Of a stretch of 64,000 nucleotides of DNA, positions 17,992 through 27,507 are shown piece after piece; position 1 is the first letter of the stretch; every line of letters begins with the position of its first letter. Under the pieces are notes generated by a model that saw only the letters and a list, made by a program, of their open reading frames with translations, was not told the DNA's origin and made no database searches. The stretch lies in the NCBI GenBank assembly GCA_020353215.1, contig CP070692.1, positions 139-64,138 on the forward strand. The letters run 5' to 3'. This DNA is from Deltaproteobacteria bacterium. Its GTDB lineage: Bacteria; Desulfobacterota; Syntrophobacteria; BM002. A program made the position numbers and the translations under genes.

Positions 17992-19734
17992 GTGGGAAGC
18001 GTGAACGACATGGCAGAGCCGATTCAAGGAGTGCGTTATCTCTGGCGCTTCGAGATTCCGGATCATGAAGCTACTGCCCAAATCAGCAAAACCCTAGGAC
18101 TGCCTCCGCTGATGGCAGCGATTCTCGCTCGTCGGCAGATCACATCTGCCGCGAAGGCGCGCGAATTCCTCGAACCAAACCTGCGGAACCTGCCTTCCCC
18201 GCATCAATTGCCTGACATAGCTAAGGCCGTGGAGCGCATCGCGAGAGCTCTGAAGCGAGATGAACAAATTGTGGTCTATGGGGACTACGATGTGGATGGC
18301 CTTACGGCCACGGCTGTTCTCGTCCAGTTCATTTCGAAATTGGGAGGGCAGGTGCGTTGGTATGTGCCGCACCGTGTCCGCGAAGGCTATGGCCTCAACA
18401 GCGAAGCATTGCGTTACTTCAGCCGCGAGGGCGTCGGCCTGGTCATCACCGTGGACTGCGGCATCGGGGATCATAAGGAGATCCAGGAGGCACGCGAGCT
18501 CGGTCTCGATGTTGTCGTCACAGACCACCATCAACCCCCCAGCATTCTTCCAGAAGCCAGTGCACTGGTAAATCCCAAACAGGGCGACGGCGGCAAAGAC
18601 CACCGTGATATGGCCGGTGTTGGCGTCGCCTTCTACCTTGCCACTGCACTCAGGGCGCACTTGCGCGGGTCTGGACGCTGGCGGACCTCTAACGAGCCCA
18701 ACCTCAAGGCGTATCTCGACTTGGTGGCTATTGGCACTCTGGCAGATATGGCGCCTCTCACATCCACCAATCGTATCCTCGCCAGCATCGGACTTGAGGT
18801 CCTCGCTCGGACTCCCAGAGCTGGTCTGAGAGCGCTCAAGGAAATCTGTGGTCTGCAGGAAAGCCGAGTGAGTGAGGGGGATGTACTATTTCGGTTAGGA
18901 CCGCGGCTCAATGCCGCAGGACGGTTGGGAAGTGCCGACCTCTCCCTGCGCCTCCTGCTTAGCTCCGATCTCGAAAAGGCTCGTCTACTGGCTCGCGAAC
19001 TAGACAAAAGCAACGCCCGGCGACAAGCTGCGGAAGAAAAGCTATTCGCCGAGGCGTCGGACGCGATCGAGGGGGATGGTTCCGCGCATGAAAGCAGATC
19101 TTTAGTACTCGCCTCATCGGGCTGGCCAAAGGGACTCTTGGGCCTCGTCGCCTCCCGTCTGGCGGAACGGTTCGGCAAACCCACCATACTTCTGACTCGC
19201 GCAGATCAGGGTTGGGAAGGCTCCGGCCGCAGCCGCGACCCCTTCGATCTCTATCAAGCACTGGATTCCTGTAAGCAACATCTGGTGCGCTTCGGTGGTC
19301 ATCGGCTAGCAGCGGGCGTCGCACTCACACACCAGCAACTGGGCGTATTTCGGTCTGCATTTGAAAAGATTGCGCAAGAGAAACTCATTCACGGCGGAAT
19401 ACCACAGTCTTGGCCAGTTGACGTTCTAGCCCGACTGGAGGAGATTACTCCGGCACTGATGGCGTATCTTGACCAGTTGCGCCCTTTCGGTGAGGGCAAT
19501 CCTGAGCCGACTTTCTATTGTGAAGACTTCCGGGTGGAGAATCCTCGCGTACTCAAGGACAAGCATTTGAAGATGACGCTCCGTCAAGGGAAGGTACGCT
19601 TTGATGCCATCGGTTTCAACCTGGTGCGGTCGAATCGCCCGCCGCCAATCCCAAAGCGACTGCTCTACAGCCCCGCATGGAACTACTGGCGGGGTGAGAA
19701 ACGCATTCAGCTGCAGATCCTTGACTACTGTTGA
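17992..19734 (+). CDS. recJ: Single-stranded-DNA-specific exonuclease RecJ
   Basis: DHH motifs (VVYGDYDVDGLTA, TVDCG, VVVTDHH) and a DHHA1 region (GGHRLAAG). The start may be the ATG at 18010. Confidence 0.9.
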   Translation: MGSVNDMAEPIQGVRYLWRFEIPDHEATAQISKTLGLPPLMAAILARRQITSAAKAREFLEPNLRNLPSPHQLPDIAKAVERIARALKRDEQIVVYGDYDVDGLTATAVLVQFISKLGGQVRWYVPHRVREGYGLNSEALRYFSREGVGLVITVDCGIGDHKEIQEARELGLDVVVTDHHQPPSILPEASALVNPKQGDGGKDHRDMAGVGVAFYLATALRAHLRGSGRWRTSNEPNLKAYLDLVAIGTLADMAPLTSTNRILASIGLEVLARTPRAGLRALKEICGLQESRVSEGDVLFRLGPRLNAAGRLGSADLSLRLLLSSDLEKARLLARELDKSNARRQAAEEKLFAEASDAIEGDGSAHESRSLVLASSGWPKGLLGLVASRLAERFGKPTILLTRADQGWEGSGRSRDPFDLYQALDSCKQHLVRFGGHRLAAGVALTHQQLGVFRSAFEKIAQEKLIHGGIPQSWPVDVLARLEEITPALMAYLDQLRPFGEGNPEPTFYCEDFRVENPRVLKDKHLKMTLRQGKVRFDAIGFNLVRSNRPPPIPKRLLYSPAWNYWRGEKRIQLQILDYC

Positions 19735-20053
19735 GATGAATCCAGTAGTCAGCGATCAGCCATCAGTAGGAGGTGAATCAGTAACTGAGGGAGAACTGTT
19801 TTTGGCTAGTAACTTGTTGAGGGGCTGACCGTTAGCCGAGGTAATCGTTTGCAGCTTGCGACCAGCGACGATGCGTCTGTTCCGGCTTAGTTGAGGCAAC
19901 GGCTTGAACGGAGTAGATGCCCGACAGCCAGGGCGAAAAATCCTTGCCAATAAGTGCATGGCTGTGCTAGTAAAATATAGCTCTGGCAAGTGCCCAAGAC
20001 CCTTAGGGCAGTGGCGACCGGACCGGACAAACGGATTCTGTAACCGAGACAAA

Positions 20054-21262
20054 GTGCCATCGAAACAGACAATAAAGCCCACGCTACCGACGGTCCATGT
20101 TTTCCTTCTAATCGCGTTCCTGTTTCTCATCACTGCTCCTTTTGTGGTTGAAGCCCAGGAAGGAGATTTGGACAGGCCGCTGGTGGCCTCGGGTATCAGT
20201 TCCGCGCTACAACCGGAAAGCGCAGACGCAAGGAGTCTGGCGTTGGAGGAAGCCCTGCGGGCTGCTGTAGAGCAAGCCTTGGGTTGGCTCCTACCGGCAG
20301 AACGCATCGTCAGCTACTATCCGGTCTTGCGTGATCGAATCCTGACCGAACCCATGGCTTACGTCCAGGACTATCAGATAATCCATGAGGATGCAGAGTC
20401 TGGACTGCATCGGGTCACCGTCCAAACCACCCTCTACACCGAAGGGCTGAAGCGAGATCTGCGTCGGCTGGGTCTGTTTCTGGCAGCGAGTGAACGCCCT
20501 CGTGTAGTGGTCTTGGTTGCAGAACGGGCAAGCCCTCAGGCTCAATGGGAGTGGTGGTGGGGTCTTCCTACTTCCGAGGATCGTGAGTTTGCCTTTTCCC
20601 AGGCCCTGATGCAACTTTTGGCGGCAAGGGGACTCATCCCCCTTGACCCCGCAGTCCTGGCAATGAAGATTCCTGCAGATCCAATCTACCAAGCGCCGCT
20701 ACTGGACAATCAGCTGGGCGCAGCTCTGGCACGGCAGTTAGGCGCCGAAGTCGCAGTGCTCGGCCAGGCGAATTTGCAGATTGGGAGTGCCGAGGGAAAG
20801 ACCATGGCCAGCGGGTCACTCCGTGCCCTGCGAGTGGATGACGGTAAGATCCTGGCCAAAGTCTCTGCCGCCCTGGATGTCAATTCTGCCAATGATCAAC
20901 CGCAATCTATAGCTGGATTGGCTGCCTTAGCCGAACGTATGGCACCGCAACTGGTGGACGGGGTTTTGGCCCCATTTACCGCAGTATCCCAACCGCCCAG
21001 GCATGTCACAGTGCAGGTTTTGGGGGTGCGCAGCTACGGAGATCTCATCCAAATCAAGGAGTACCTGCAGCGCGCCCCTGGGGTAGAAGAGATCAGCCAG
21101 ATGCTGCTGCAATCTGGTGCGGGCTCTTTCGGAGTAATTTTGAAGGGAAACCTCAACGGGCTCACGGATGCTTTCGCGGGTCACGACTTCGGCTCTTTCA
21201 CCACCAACGCCAATTTGACAGGCGAAGATCTCGTGACTGTCACGATCATGAGCAAATGGTAG
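20054..21262 (+). CDS. Secreted hypothetical protein (signal peptide; FlgT_N/LPP20-like alpha/beta repeats?)
   Basis: An in-frame GTG at 20054 gives K-rich n-region + LLIAFLFLITAPFVVEA|QE. The longer ORF from 19904 has no signal-peptide logic. No family recognised. Confidence 0.55.
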   Translation: MPSKQTIKPTLPTVHVFLLIAFLFLITAPFVVEAQEGDLDRPLVASGISSALQPESADARSLALEEALRAAVEQALGWLLPAERIVSYYPVLRDRILTEPMAYVQDYQIIHEDAESGLHRVTVQTTLYTEGLKRDLRRLGLFLAASERPRVVVLVAERASPQAQWEWWWGLPTSEDREFAFSQALMQLLAARGLIPLDPAVLAMKIPADPIYQAPLLDNQLGAALARQLGAEVAVLGQANLQIGSAEGKTMASGSLRALRVDDGKILAKVSAALDVNSANDQPQSIAGLAALAERMAPQLVDGVLAPFTAVSQPPRHVTVQVLGVRSYGDLIQIKEYLQRAPGVEEISQMLLQSGAGSFGVILKGNLNGLTDAFAGHDFGSFTTNANLTGEDLVTVTIMSKW

Positions 21263-21274
21263 TCCTCCCTCCCT

Positions 21275-21829
21275 ATGACCATTCCTAACCTGTTCACTAT
21301 CCTACGAGTCCTGCTGACCCCGGTCTTGGTAATTCTCCTCTTGGAAAACAGGCTTGAATACGCTCTGTTCGTCTTTGTGGTGGCTGGAGTCACGGACGGC
21401 CTCGACGGCCTCATAGCCCGTCTCTATAAGCAGAAATCACGGTTGGGAGCCTATCTGGATCCGTTGGCGGACAAACTGCTGTTGGCAACGACCTATATAA
21501 TGCTGGCTGTGTTGCGTCTAGTGCCAAGCTGGCTTACGGTGATTGTGCTCAGTCGCGATGTTCTCATCGTTATGGGAGTATTCATTCTCTTCATGCAAGA
21601 CCTACCCTTTGAGATTAAACCCTCGCTTTCCAGCAAATTGACTACTTTCACCCAGATCATTACAGTCATTATCACCATGACAACTGCTATTGTGGGGCCA
21701 CATCAAATTGTCCTTAACGTGATGTTTTACCTCACCGGGGCAGTCACTATTGTCTCCTGGGTTCAGTATATGGGCAGGGGACTGCGCATAATGCAAGAGG
21801 CCGGGAACAGTCAGCGAGGCGGCGAGTAA
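21275..21829 (+). CDS. pgsA: CDP-diacylglycerol--glycerol-3-phosphate 3-phosphatidyltransferase
   Basis: CDP-alcohol phosphatidyltransferase motif DGLDGLIAR...G..LDPLADKL, with 4-5 TM helices. Confidence 0.85.
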   Translation: MTIPNLFTILRVLLTPVLVILLLENRLEYALFVFVVAGVTDGLDGLIARLYKQKSRLGAYLDPLADKLLLATTYIMLAVLRLVPSWLTVIVLSRDVLIVMGVFILFMQDLPFEIKPSLSSKLTTFTQIITVIITMTTAIVGPHQIVLNVMFYLTGAVTIVSWVQYMGRGLRIMQEAGNSQRGGE

Positions 21830-21951
21830 AAAACGAGCAGTAATTAGGGAGTAGGTGGCTGGAGCCGCCTGAGAAAAGCCAGTACAGCATGATCTGCTAC
21901 CCTTTCCCTCTTGGTCGCGGTCTATTAGCGCTGGCCTTCGGGAAATTTCTC

Positions 21952-21980
21952 TTGACAGGGACTGACAGTCTTGATACTTA
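21952..21980 (+). promoter_or_regulatory. Putative sigma70-type promoter of tRNA-Val
   Basis: TTGACA (21952-21957), a 17-nt spacer, then TACTTA (21975-21980), about 15 nt before the mature tRNA 5' end. The -10 element is weak. Confidence 0.35.
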
Positions 21981-21995
21981 GTAAGAGCTTTTCGC

Positions 21996-22070
21996 AGGCA
22001 CGTAGCTCAGGGGGAGAGCACTACCTTGACGCGGTAGGGGTCTGGGGTTCAAATCCCCACGTGCCTACCA
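21996..22070 (+). tRNA. tRNA-Val(GAC): tRNA-Val (anticodon GAC), CCA encoded
   Basis: Manual cloverleaf of 75 nt. Acceptor AGGCACG/CGTGCCT, D arm GCTC-AGGGGGA-GAGC, anticodon arm CTACC-TTGACGC-GGTAG, variable loop GGGTC, T arm TGGGG-TTCAAAT-CCCCA, then A-CCA. Confidence 0.9.
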
Positions 22071-22131
22071 ACTAACGCGTGAGGAGTTGATAACTTTATT
22101 CATGGGAAGTGACAATTAGGAGTTATTAGGA

Positions 22132-22170
22132 GGCATCGGAGGGCGCGAGCTCGGATGCCTTTTCTTATTT
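22132..22170 (+). terminator. Rho-independent terminator after tRNA-Val, abutting the thrS RBS
   Basis: GGCATCGGAG...CTCGGATGCC stem (9/10 bp) followed by TTTTCTTATTT. The thrS SD GGAAGGAG starts about 6 nt later. Confidence 0.6.
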
Positions 22171-22184
22171 AGACTGGAAGGAGC

Positions 22185-24113
22185 ATGGACGAAATACGGA
22201 TATCGCTAGAAAACGGAGAGAGCCAAAGCTTTCCGAAGGGTATAACCGCGGGAGAGGCTCTGGAACGGTTGGGTTTCGAGATGGTTGGTTCTGCGGTTGC
22301 TGCCAAGGCAAACGGTGAAATGGTCGACCTCAATCGGCCGCTGAAGGAAGACTCCAGTGTAGAGGCGGTCATCCGCAACAGCAAAGAGGGCATAGAGGTC
22401 CTCCGTCATACCGCCTCCCACGTCATGGCCCAAGCTGTCCAAAGGCTCTATCCGGCAGCAAGAATCACTATTGGACCGGCCATCGAAAACGGCTTCTACT
22501 ACGATTTTGACATCCCGGATCCCATCAGTGTGGACGATCTTCCTCAAATCGAAGCCAAAATGCAAGAGATTATCCAGCAAGCCGTTCCCGTCGAGCGCCA
22601 GGAACTGGATCGACAGGACGCAATCCGGCTTTTTTCAGAACGCAACGAGCCGTACAAGGTGGAAATGCTAGAAGAAATAGACGAACCACGGGTATCGGTC
22701 TATGGCCAGGAGGATTGGCTGGATCTCTGCCGTGGGCCGCACCTTCTGAATACGGCCGAGGTCAAATCCTTCAAGCTTACCGGAGTGGCCGGGGCCTACT
22801 GGCGCGGGGACGAACGTAATCCAATGCTGCAGCGCATCTACGGCACTGCTTTCTTTTCAAAAAAGGATCTTAAGAGATATCTGCAACTCCTAGAAGAGGC
22901 GCGGAAACGAGACCATCGGAAGTTGGGGCGAGAGTTGGATCTCTTTAGCGTCAGCGATGAAGCAGGGCCAGGGCTGGTCATCTACCATCCCAAGGGGGCT
23001 CGGCTTCGCCACATCATTGAGACCTTTGAAAAGGAAGCGCACCTTCGCCGAGGCTATCAAATGGTCATGGGGCCACAACTGCTGAAAACCGAAATGTGGA
23101 AAAAATCCGGCCATTTCGAAAACTACCGGGAAAATATGTACTTTACTGAGGTGGAAGACCAATCCTACGGTATCAAGCCGATGAACTGCTTGGCACATAT
23201 GCTCATCTATAAGTCCACGATCCGCTCCTACCGGGACTTGCCGATCAGGTATTTTGAGATGGGAATGGTTCATCGACACGAGAAATCCGGCGTACTTCAC
23301 GGGCTGACACGTGTACGCCAATTCACCCAGGACGATGCTCATCTGATTTGCACGCCAGAACAACTCAACGGTGAAATAAATGGTATCATTGATTTCGCTT
23401 TAGATATGCTGGAGCTGTTCGGGTTTGAATACGAAATTGAGCTAAGCACCCAACCAGAAAGACGAATCGGTACCGACGAGGACTGGGAAAGGGCAACCAA
23501 CGCGCTGGTTAAGGCGCTCGAAGATAAACAGATATCTTACGAGCTCTGTGCCGGTGAGGGTGCGTTCTATGGACCCAAAATCGACATTCTGCTCAAAGAC
23601 GCTTTGAGCAGACGGTGGCAGTGCTCCACCATCCAGTGCGATTTCACTCTGCCGGAAAGGTTCGACTTGACCTATATCGGTGCGGACGGAGAAAAGCACC
23701 GCCCCGTTATGCTACACCGGACTCTTCTCGGCAGTATGGAAAGATTCTTGGGAGTCCTGATTGAACATTACGCCGGGGCTTTTCCGACCTGGCTGGCACC
23801 GGTGCAGGCCATTATTCTCACGGTGACTGATCGACATCAGCAGTACGCCGAAGAGCTTTACCGCCAGCTTCTCAATGCTGGCATACGGGTGGAAAAGGAT
23901 TTTAAAAACGAGAAGTTGGGGTACAAGATCAGGGAAGCCCAGTTGCAAAAGATTCCTTACATGCTAGTGGTGGGCGACCGAGAGGTCGAGGCGGGCGGAG
24001 CCTCACCCAGACGAAGGGACGGCAAGGACTTGAAGCTAATGGAGGTGCAAGAGTTCATCCGGCTAGTCCAGGGGGAAAATGCGGTAACCGAATCAATTCT
24101 GAAAGCAAACTAG
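22185..24113 (+). CDS. thrS: Threonine--tRNA ligase
   Basis: 642 aa with TGS N-terminus, editing domain ([10 protein letters not shown]), class II core ([20 protein letters not shown]) and anticodon-binding C-terminus. Confidence 0.95.
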   Translation: MDEIRISLENGESQSFPKGITAGEALERLGFEMVGSAVAAKANGEMVDLNRPLKEDSSVEAVIRNSKEGIEVLRHTASHVMAQAVQRLYPAARITIGPAIENGFYYDFDIPDPISVDDLPQIEAKMQEIIQQAVPVERQELDRQDAIRLFSERNEPYKVEMLEEIDEPRVSVYGQEDWLDLCRGPHLLNTAEVKSFKLTGVAGAYWRGDERNPMLQRIYGTAFFSKKDLKRYLQLLEEARKRDHRKLGRELDLFSVSDEAGPGLVIYHPKGARLRHIIETFEKEAHLRRGYQMVMGPQLLKTEMWKKSGHFENYRENMYFTEVEDQSYGIKPMNCLAHMLIYKSTIRSYRDLPIRYFEMGMVHRHEKSGVLHGLTRVRQFTQDDAHLICTPEQLNGEINGIIDFALDMLELFGFEYEIELSTQPERRIGTDEDWERATNALVKALEDKQISYELCAGEGAFYGPKIDILLKDALSRRWQCSTIQCDFTLPERFDLTYIGADGEKHRPVMLHRTLLGSMERFLGVLIEHYAGAFPTWLAPVQAIILTVTDRHQQYAEELYRQLLNAGIRVEKDFKNEKLGYKIREAQLQKIPYMLVVGDREVEAGGASPRRRDGKDLKLMEVQEFIRLVQGENAVTESILKAN

Positions 24114-24326
24114 TCTCCTGCGGCACACAAAATGCTTGTCCTTCGATTCATGAATGCTATGCGGAATACATCAGACGTGGGCTGAGTTCAGTTTTCGAAA
24201 CTCGGATGTCAAAGCTGAATCAATTATTCGATGAGTAGTCTGCTGGACTGAAACTTCGGCAAGGCAGAATTCAGCCGGGCTCAGGCTCTGGCAAATTGAA
24301 TTCAGCGCGGAAAGGAGGGAAACGAT

Positions 24327-24836
24327 ATAATCAAGCAGGTCAATGTCAATCATAAGATCAGGGCGCCCCAGGTCCGTCTTATCGGTGTGGACGGTACTCA
24401 ATTGGGGATTGTGCCGCTTGCCGATGCATTGGCTCGCGCTGCGGACGAGAAACTAGATCTGGTGGAGGTGGCACCAAAAGCGAGCCCTCCCGTATGCAAA
24501 ATTATGGACTACGGCAAGTACAAGTACTTGCAGAGCAAGAAGTTGCAGGAGGCCAAGAAGAAACAAGCCACCATCCAGGTGAAGGAAGTGAAGATACGCC
24601 CCAAGACTGAGGAACATGATTATCAGTTCAAACTGCGTCACATCAAACGCTTTCTCGGTGAAAAAAACAAGGCAAAGGTGACGATCATGTTTCGGGGGCG
24701 AGAAATCGCCCACTCGGAGTTGGGTCTGAAGGTTCTGCAGCGGGTCGTCGCTGATACGGAAGAGGTGGCCGTTGTGGAACAGGAGCCCAAGCTCGAGGGC
24801 AGGAACATGACTATGATCCTGTGTCCTCGTTCTTAG
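24327..24836 (+). CDS. infC: Translation initiation factor IF-3, non-canonical AUA/AUC start
   Basis: The conserved IF3 N-terminus (VNHKIRAPQVRLIGVDGTQLGIV) lies upstream of the first canonical start (GTG 24387). The frame is open only from 24300 (TGA at 24297). No ATG/GTG/TTG occurs in 24300-24386. GGAGG at 24314-24318 precedes ATA 24327 / ATC 24330. Confidence 0.88.
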   Translation: MIKQVNVNHKIRAPQVRLIGVDGTQLGIVPLADALARAADEKLDLVEVAPKASPPVCKIMDYGKYKYLQSKKLQEAKKKQATIQVKEVKIRPKTEEHDYQFKLRHIKRFLGEKNKAKVTIMFRGREIAHSELGLKVLQRVVADTEEVAVVEQEPKLEGRNMTMILCPRS

Positions 24837-25282
24837 GCTCTTTGAGAGAACCCTACCCTCGGGCTGCCGGGATTGATAGCGAGATTCGCAGACGCGTTGC
24901 CTTCATTCGACAACATACTTCCATGGCATTGTACACTCTCCATGATTGCCGCCGGCAAGGCACTCCATTGGTATTTAGGGTTTGGTCAAACGTCGCCACC
25001 AAGGGACTTAAATGAGGTCAACGAGGGTTCGTTGAAGTTTCGGTAGCGTCAGTGGTCCAGTCCGTGAATCGATCGGCCATGGCCACCGGTATTAGTTGAA
25101 TTCCTGACTGAATATCCAGTCGCGAGTGGAGACAGTGGACCAATGATCTGCAGGACTTCGTCAGCGAACATTGCCCCATGTTTCCCTTTGCCCCGGTTTC
25201 CAAAAACATCTTGACAATCGTTACCCTTGGGGATAACTTACACCATTTGTCTATCGGAACTGTGTGCAGGTGGGAGAGGGAC

Positions 25283-25480
25283 ATGCCTAAGATGAAAACC
25301 AATCGCGGCGCGGCTAAGCGTTTCAAGACAACAGGTACAGGGAAACTCCGCCGTTGGAAGGCGAATAAGAGCCATATTCTGACCAAGAAGGCAGCGAAAC
25401 GAAAACGAAACCTACGCCAGCCCGGACTCGTTGACTCCACCAACATGCGGGGAATCCAGCGGCTATTGCCGTATGGCTAG
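25283..25480 (+). CDS. rpmI: 50S ribosomal protein L35
   Basis: [24 protein letters not shown]... The SD GGGAGAGGG lies upstream of the ATG at 25283. Confidence 0.92.
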   Translation: MPKMKTNRGAAKRFKTTGTGKLRRWKANKSHILTKKAAKRKRNLRQPGLVDSTNMRGIQRLLPYG

Positions 25481-25551
25481 ATCTGTTACGGCGCTGTTGA
25501 TCCCGAGGTCCGACAGACCAGGAATTTCCACTAACCTTTAGAGGGTGCAAC

Positions 25552-25905
25552 ATGGCACGGGTTACGAATGCGGCGTCTTCCAGAAGGCGACGTAAAAAGA
25601 TACTGAAACAGGCGAAGGGATATCGGGGAGCTCGGGGGAATCTGCTTCGGGCCGCCAGGTTAAACCTAGAGCGGGCGCTCAAGTATGCTTACCGCGATCG
25701 GCGGGTTCGCAAGCGTCAATTCCGCTCTCTTTGGATTACCCGTATTAATGCAGCTGCCCGGATGCATGGCCTCTCTTATAGCCGGTTCATGAGCGGCCTC
25801 AAAGAGGCCGGGGTCGAACTGGATCGGAAGGTTCTTGCCGACCTCGCTATTAGCGATCCTAAGGGATTCGCCCAGATAGTAGAACTTGCCCGCAGAGGTG
25901 TATAG
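25552..25905 (+). CDS. rplT: 50S ribosomal protein L20
   Basis: [28 protein letters not shown]... Confidence 0.95.
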   Translation: MARVTNAASSRRRRKKILKQAKGYRGARGNLLRAARLNLERALKYAYRDRRVRKRQFRSLWITRINAAARMHGLSYSRFMSGLKEAGVELDRKVLADLAISDPKGFAQIVELARRGV

Positions 25906-26340
25906 GCCTCCTTCTTTCCCAGGGCGTGAGATTTATCCGTTGGCAGTTGCAGGTCGGTGAAGTCAATATCAACGTTTGTCGTTTACCAACGATCGCCTGT
26001 TACTGGGTCGTTACGGGTCGCCCACACATCAGAGCCATACCGCCCCGAAAATACTTAGCCAGGACTTCAACCACTTCGACCCGCTGAAGTTACTTTCCGA
26101 CGACTATGGAAATGACACGGGCCACTTACGACAAAGAACGGTTGCCCGAAATCCAATCAGGATAAACTTGGCAGGTGTGAGCAAGTATGTTACGTGGACT
26201 GAACCACAAAGAGCACAAAGTAGACAAAGAGAACACCTTCAGAGATGAGAAATTCTTTGTGGTCCCTGTGACTTTTGTGGTGTTCAAACAGCTCGTCACC
26301 CTTTAAACGCCAGCCTGTAGCTGGCTGACAACAACGAGCT

Positions 26341-27345
26341 ATGAAAAGAGAAATTGACACTCTCATTCGAGAAACCTTTGGGAGACTGACTCAAGTCGAC
26401 AGCGCGTCAGCGCTGGAGAAGCTGCACATTGAGGTGCTTGGACGCAAGGGGGCGTTGGCAGGCCTGTTCAAGAAGCTCGGCAGCAGGCCAGAGTCGGAGC
26501 GGCCCGCATTGGGCAAGGCGTTGAACGAGGCACGGGTGCAGCTGGAAAGTGCCTTGGAGGAGGCCAGGGTTCGGACTGTCTCGGTTCCGTCTGTGGCTTC
26601 AACCATTGATATCACTCTGCCAGGCAGGACGCCGAACCTAGGCCACTTGCACCCAATCACTCAGGTGGGCATGGAAATAACAGAAGTTTTTCGAGGTCTG
26701 GGTTTCGAAGTGGTTGAGGGCCCCGATGTGGAATTGGACTATTATAACTTCGAAGCCCTCAACATCCCCAAAGACCATCCGGCCCGAGACATGCAGGATA
26801 CCTTTTACATTACTGATAACATCGTGTTGCGGACGCATACATCTCCCATTCAAGTGCGGGTAATGGAAAAACAGAAACCACCGGTAAGAATCATTGCTCC
26901 AGGCAAGGCATACCGCTGCGATTCTGATATGACTCATACCCCGATGTTCCACCAAGTCGAGGGGCTTATGGTGGATAAGGATGTCCGCTTTGCGGATCTC
27001 AAGGGTATCCTTACCATTTTCGTGCGGCAGATGTTCGGTTCAGATGTCGACCTTCGGTTTCGTCCCAGTTTCTTTCCGTTTACTGAACCCAGTGCCGAGG
27101 TGGATATGAAGTGCGTGATGTGCATGGGCGAAGGCTGTAGGGTTTGTTCGGAAACGGGCTGGCTGGAGATTTTGGGCTCTGGGATGGTAGACCCGGAAGT
27201 GTTCAAAATGGTTGGCTACGATCCTGAGGAGGTTACCGGGTTTGCATTTGGGATGGGCATCGAGCGTATCGCCATGCTCAAGTATGGGATCAACGATCTT
27301 CGACTGTTTTTCGACAACGACCTGCGTTTTTTGGAGCAGTTTTGA
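26341..27345 (+). CDS. pheS: Phenylalanine--tRNA ligase alpha subunit
   Basis: 334 aa with class II motifs ([34 protein letters not shown]). Confidence 0.95.
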   Translation: MKREIDTLIRETFGRLTQVDSASALEKLHIEVLGRKGALAGLFKKLGSRPESERPALGKALNEARVQLESALEEARVRTVSVPSVASTIDITLPGRTPNLGHLHPITQVGMEITEVFRGLGFEVVEGPDVELDYYNFEALNIPKDHPARDMQDTFYITDNIVLRTHTSPIQVRVMEKQKPPVRIIAPGKAYRCDSDMTHTPMFHQVEGLMVDKDVRFADLKGILTIFVRQMFGSDVDLRFRPSFFPFTEPSAEVDMKCVMCMGEGCRVCSETGWLEILGSGMVDPEVFKMVGYDPEEVTGFAFGMGIERIAMLKYGINDLRLFFDNDLRFLEQF

Positions 27346-27507
27346 ATTTTATCGGTTTGGCGTGTCAGATGTGTGTCGGCTCCCTGGGTTGACGAGTGGA
27401 AAGCTATAGACGTTTTCAGCACAAAGCAATAGACAGGCAGGTTACTCCCATCCGGACTTGGGTCACCGCGTTTTGCAGTCTGAATTCTAGACTTTGAGGA
27501 TGAGTGT

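Noticed and set aside
18094-19324. Antisense and alternative-frame ORFs inside recJ (18094-18660, 18633-19187, 18959-19324)
   Set aside because: These are typical GC-rich shadow ORFs (Arg/Ser/Ala-rich) that fully overlap a well-supported RecJ frame.
19904-20053. N-terminal 50 codons of ORF 19904-21262
   Set aside because: This stretch precedes a perfectly formed signal peptide that begins at in-frame GTG 20054. The extension is probably non-coding and contains short CAGC/GATCAG-type repeats.
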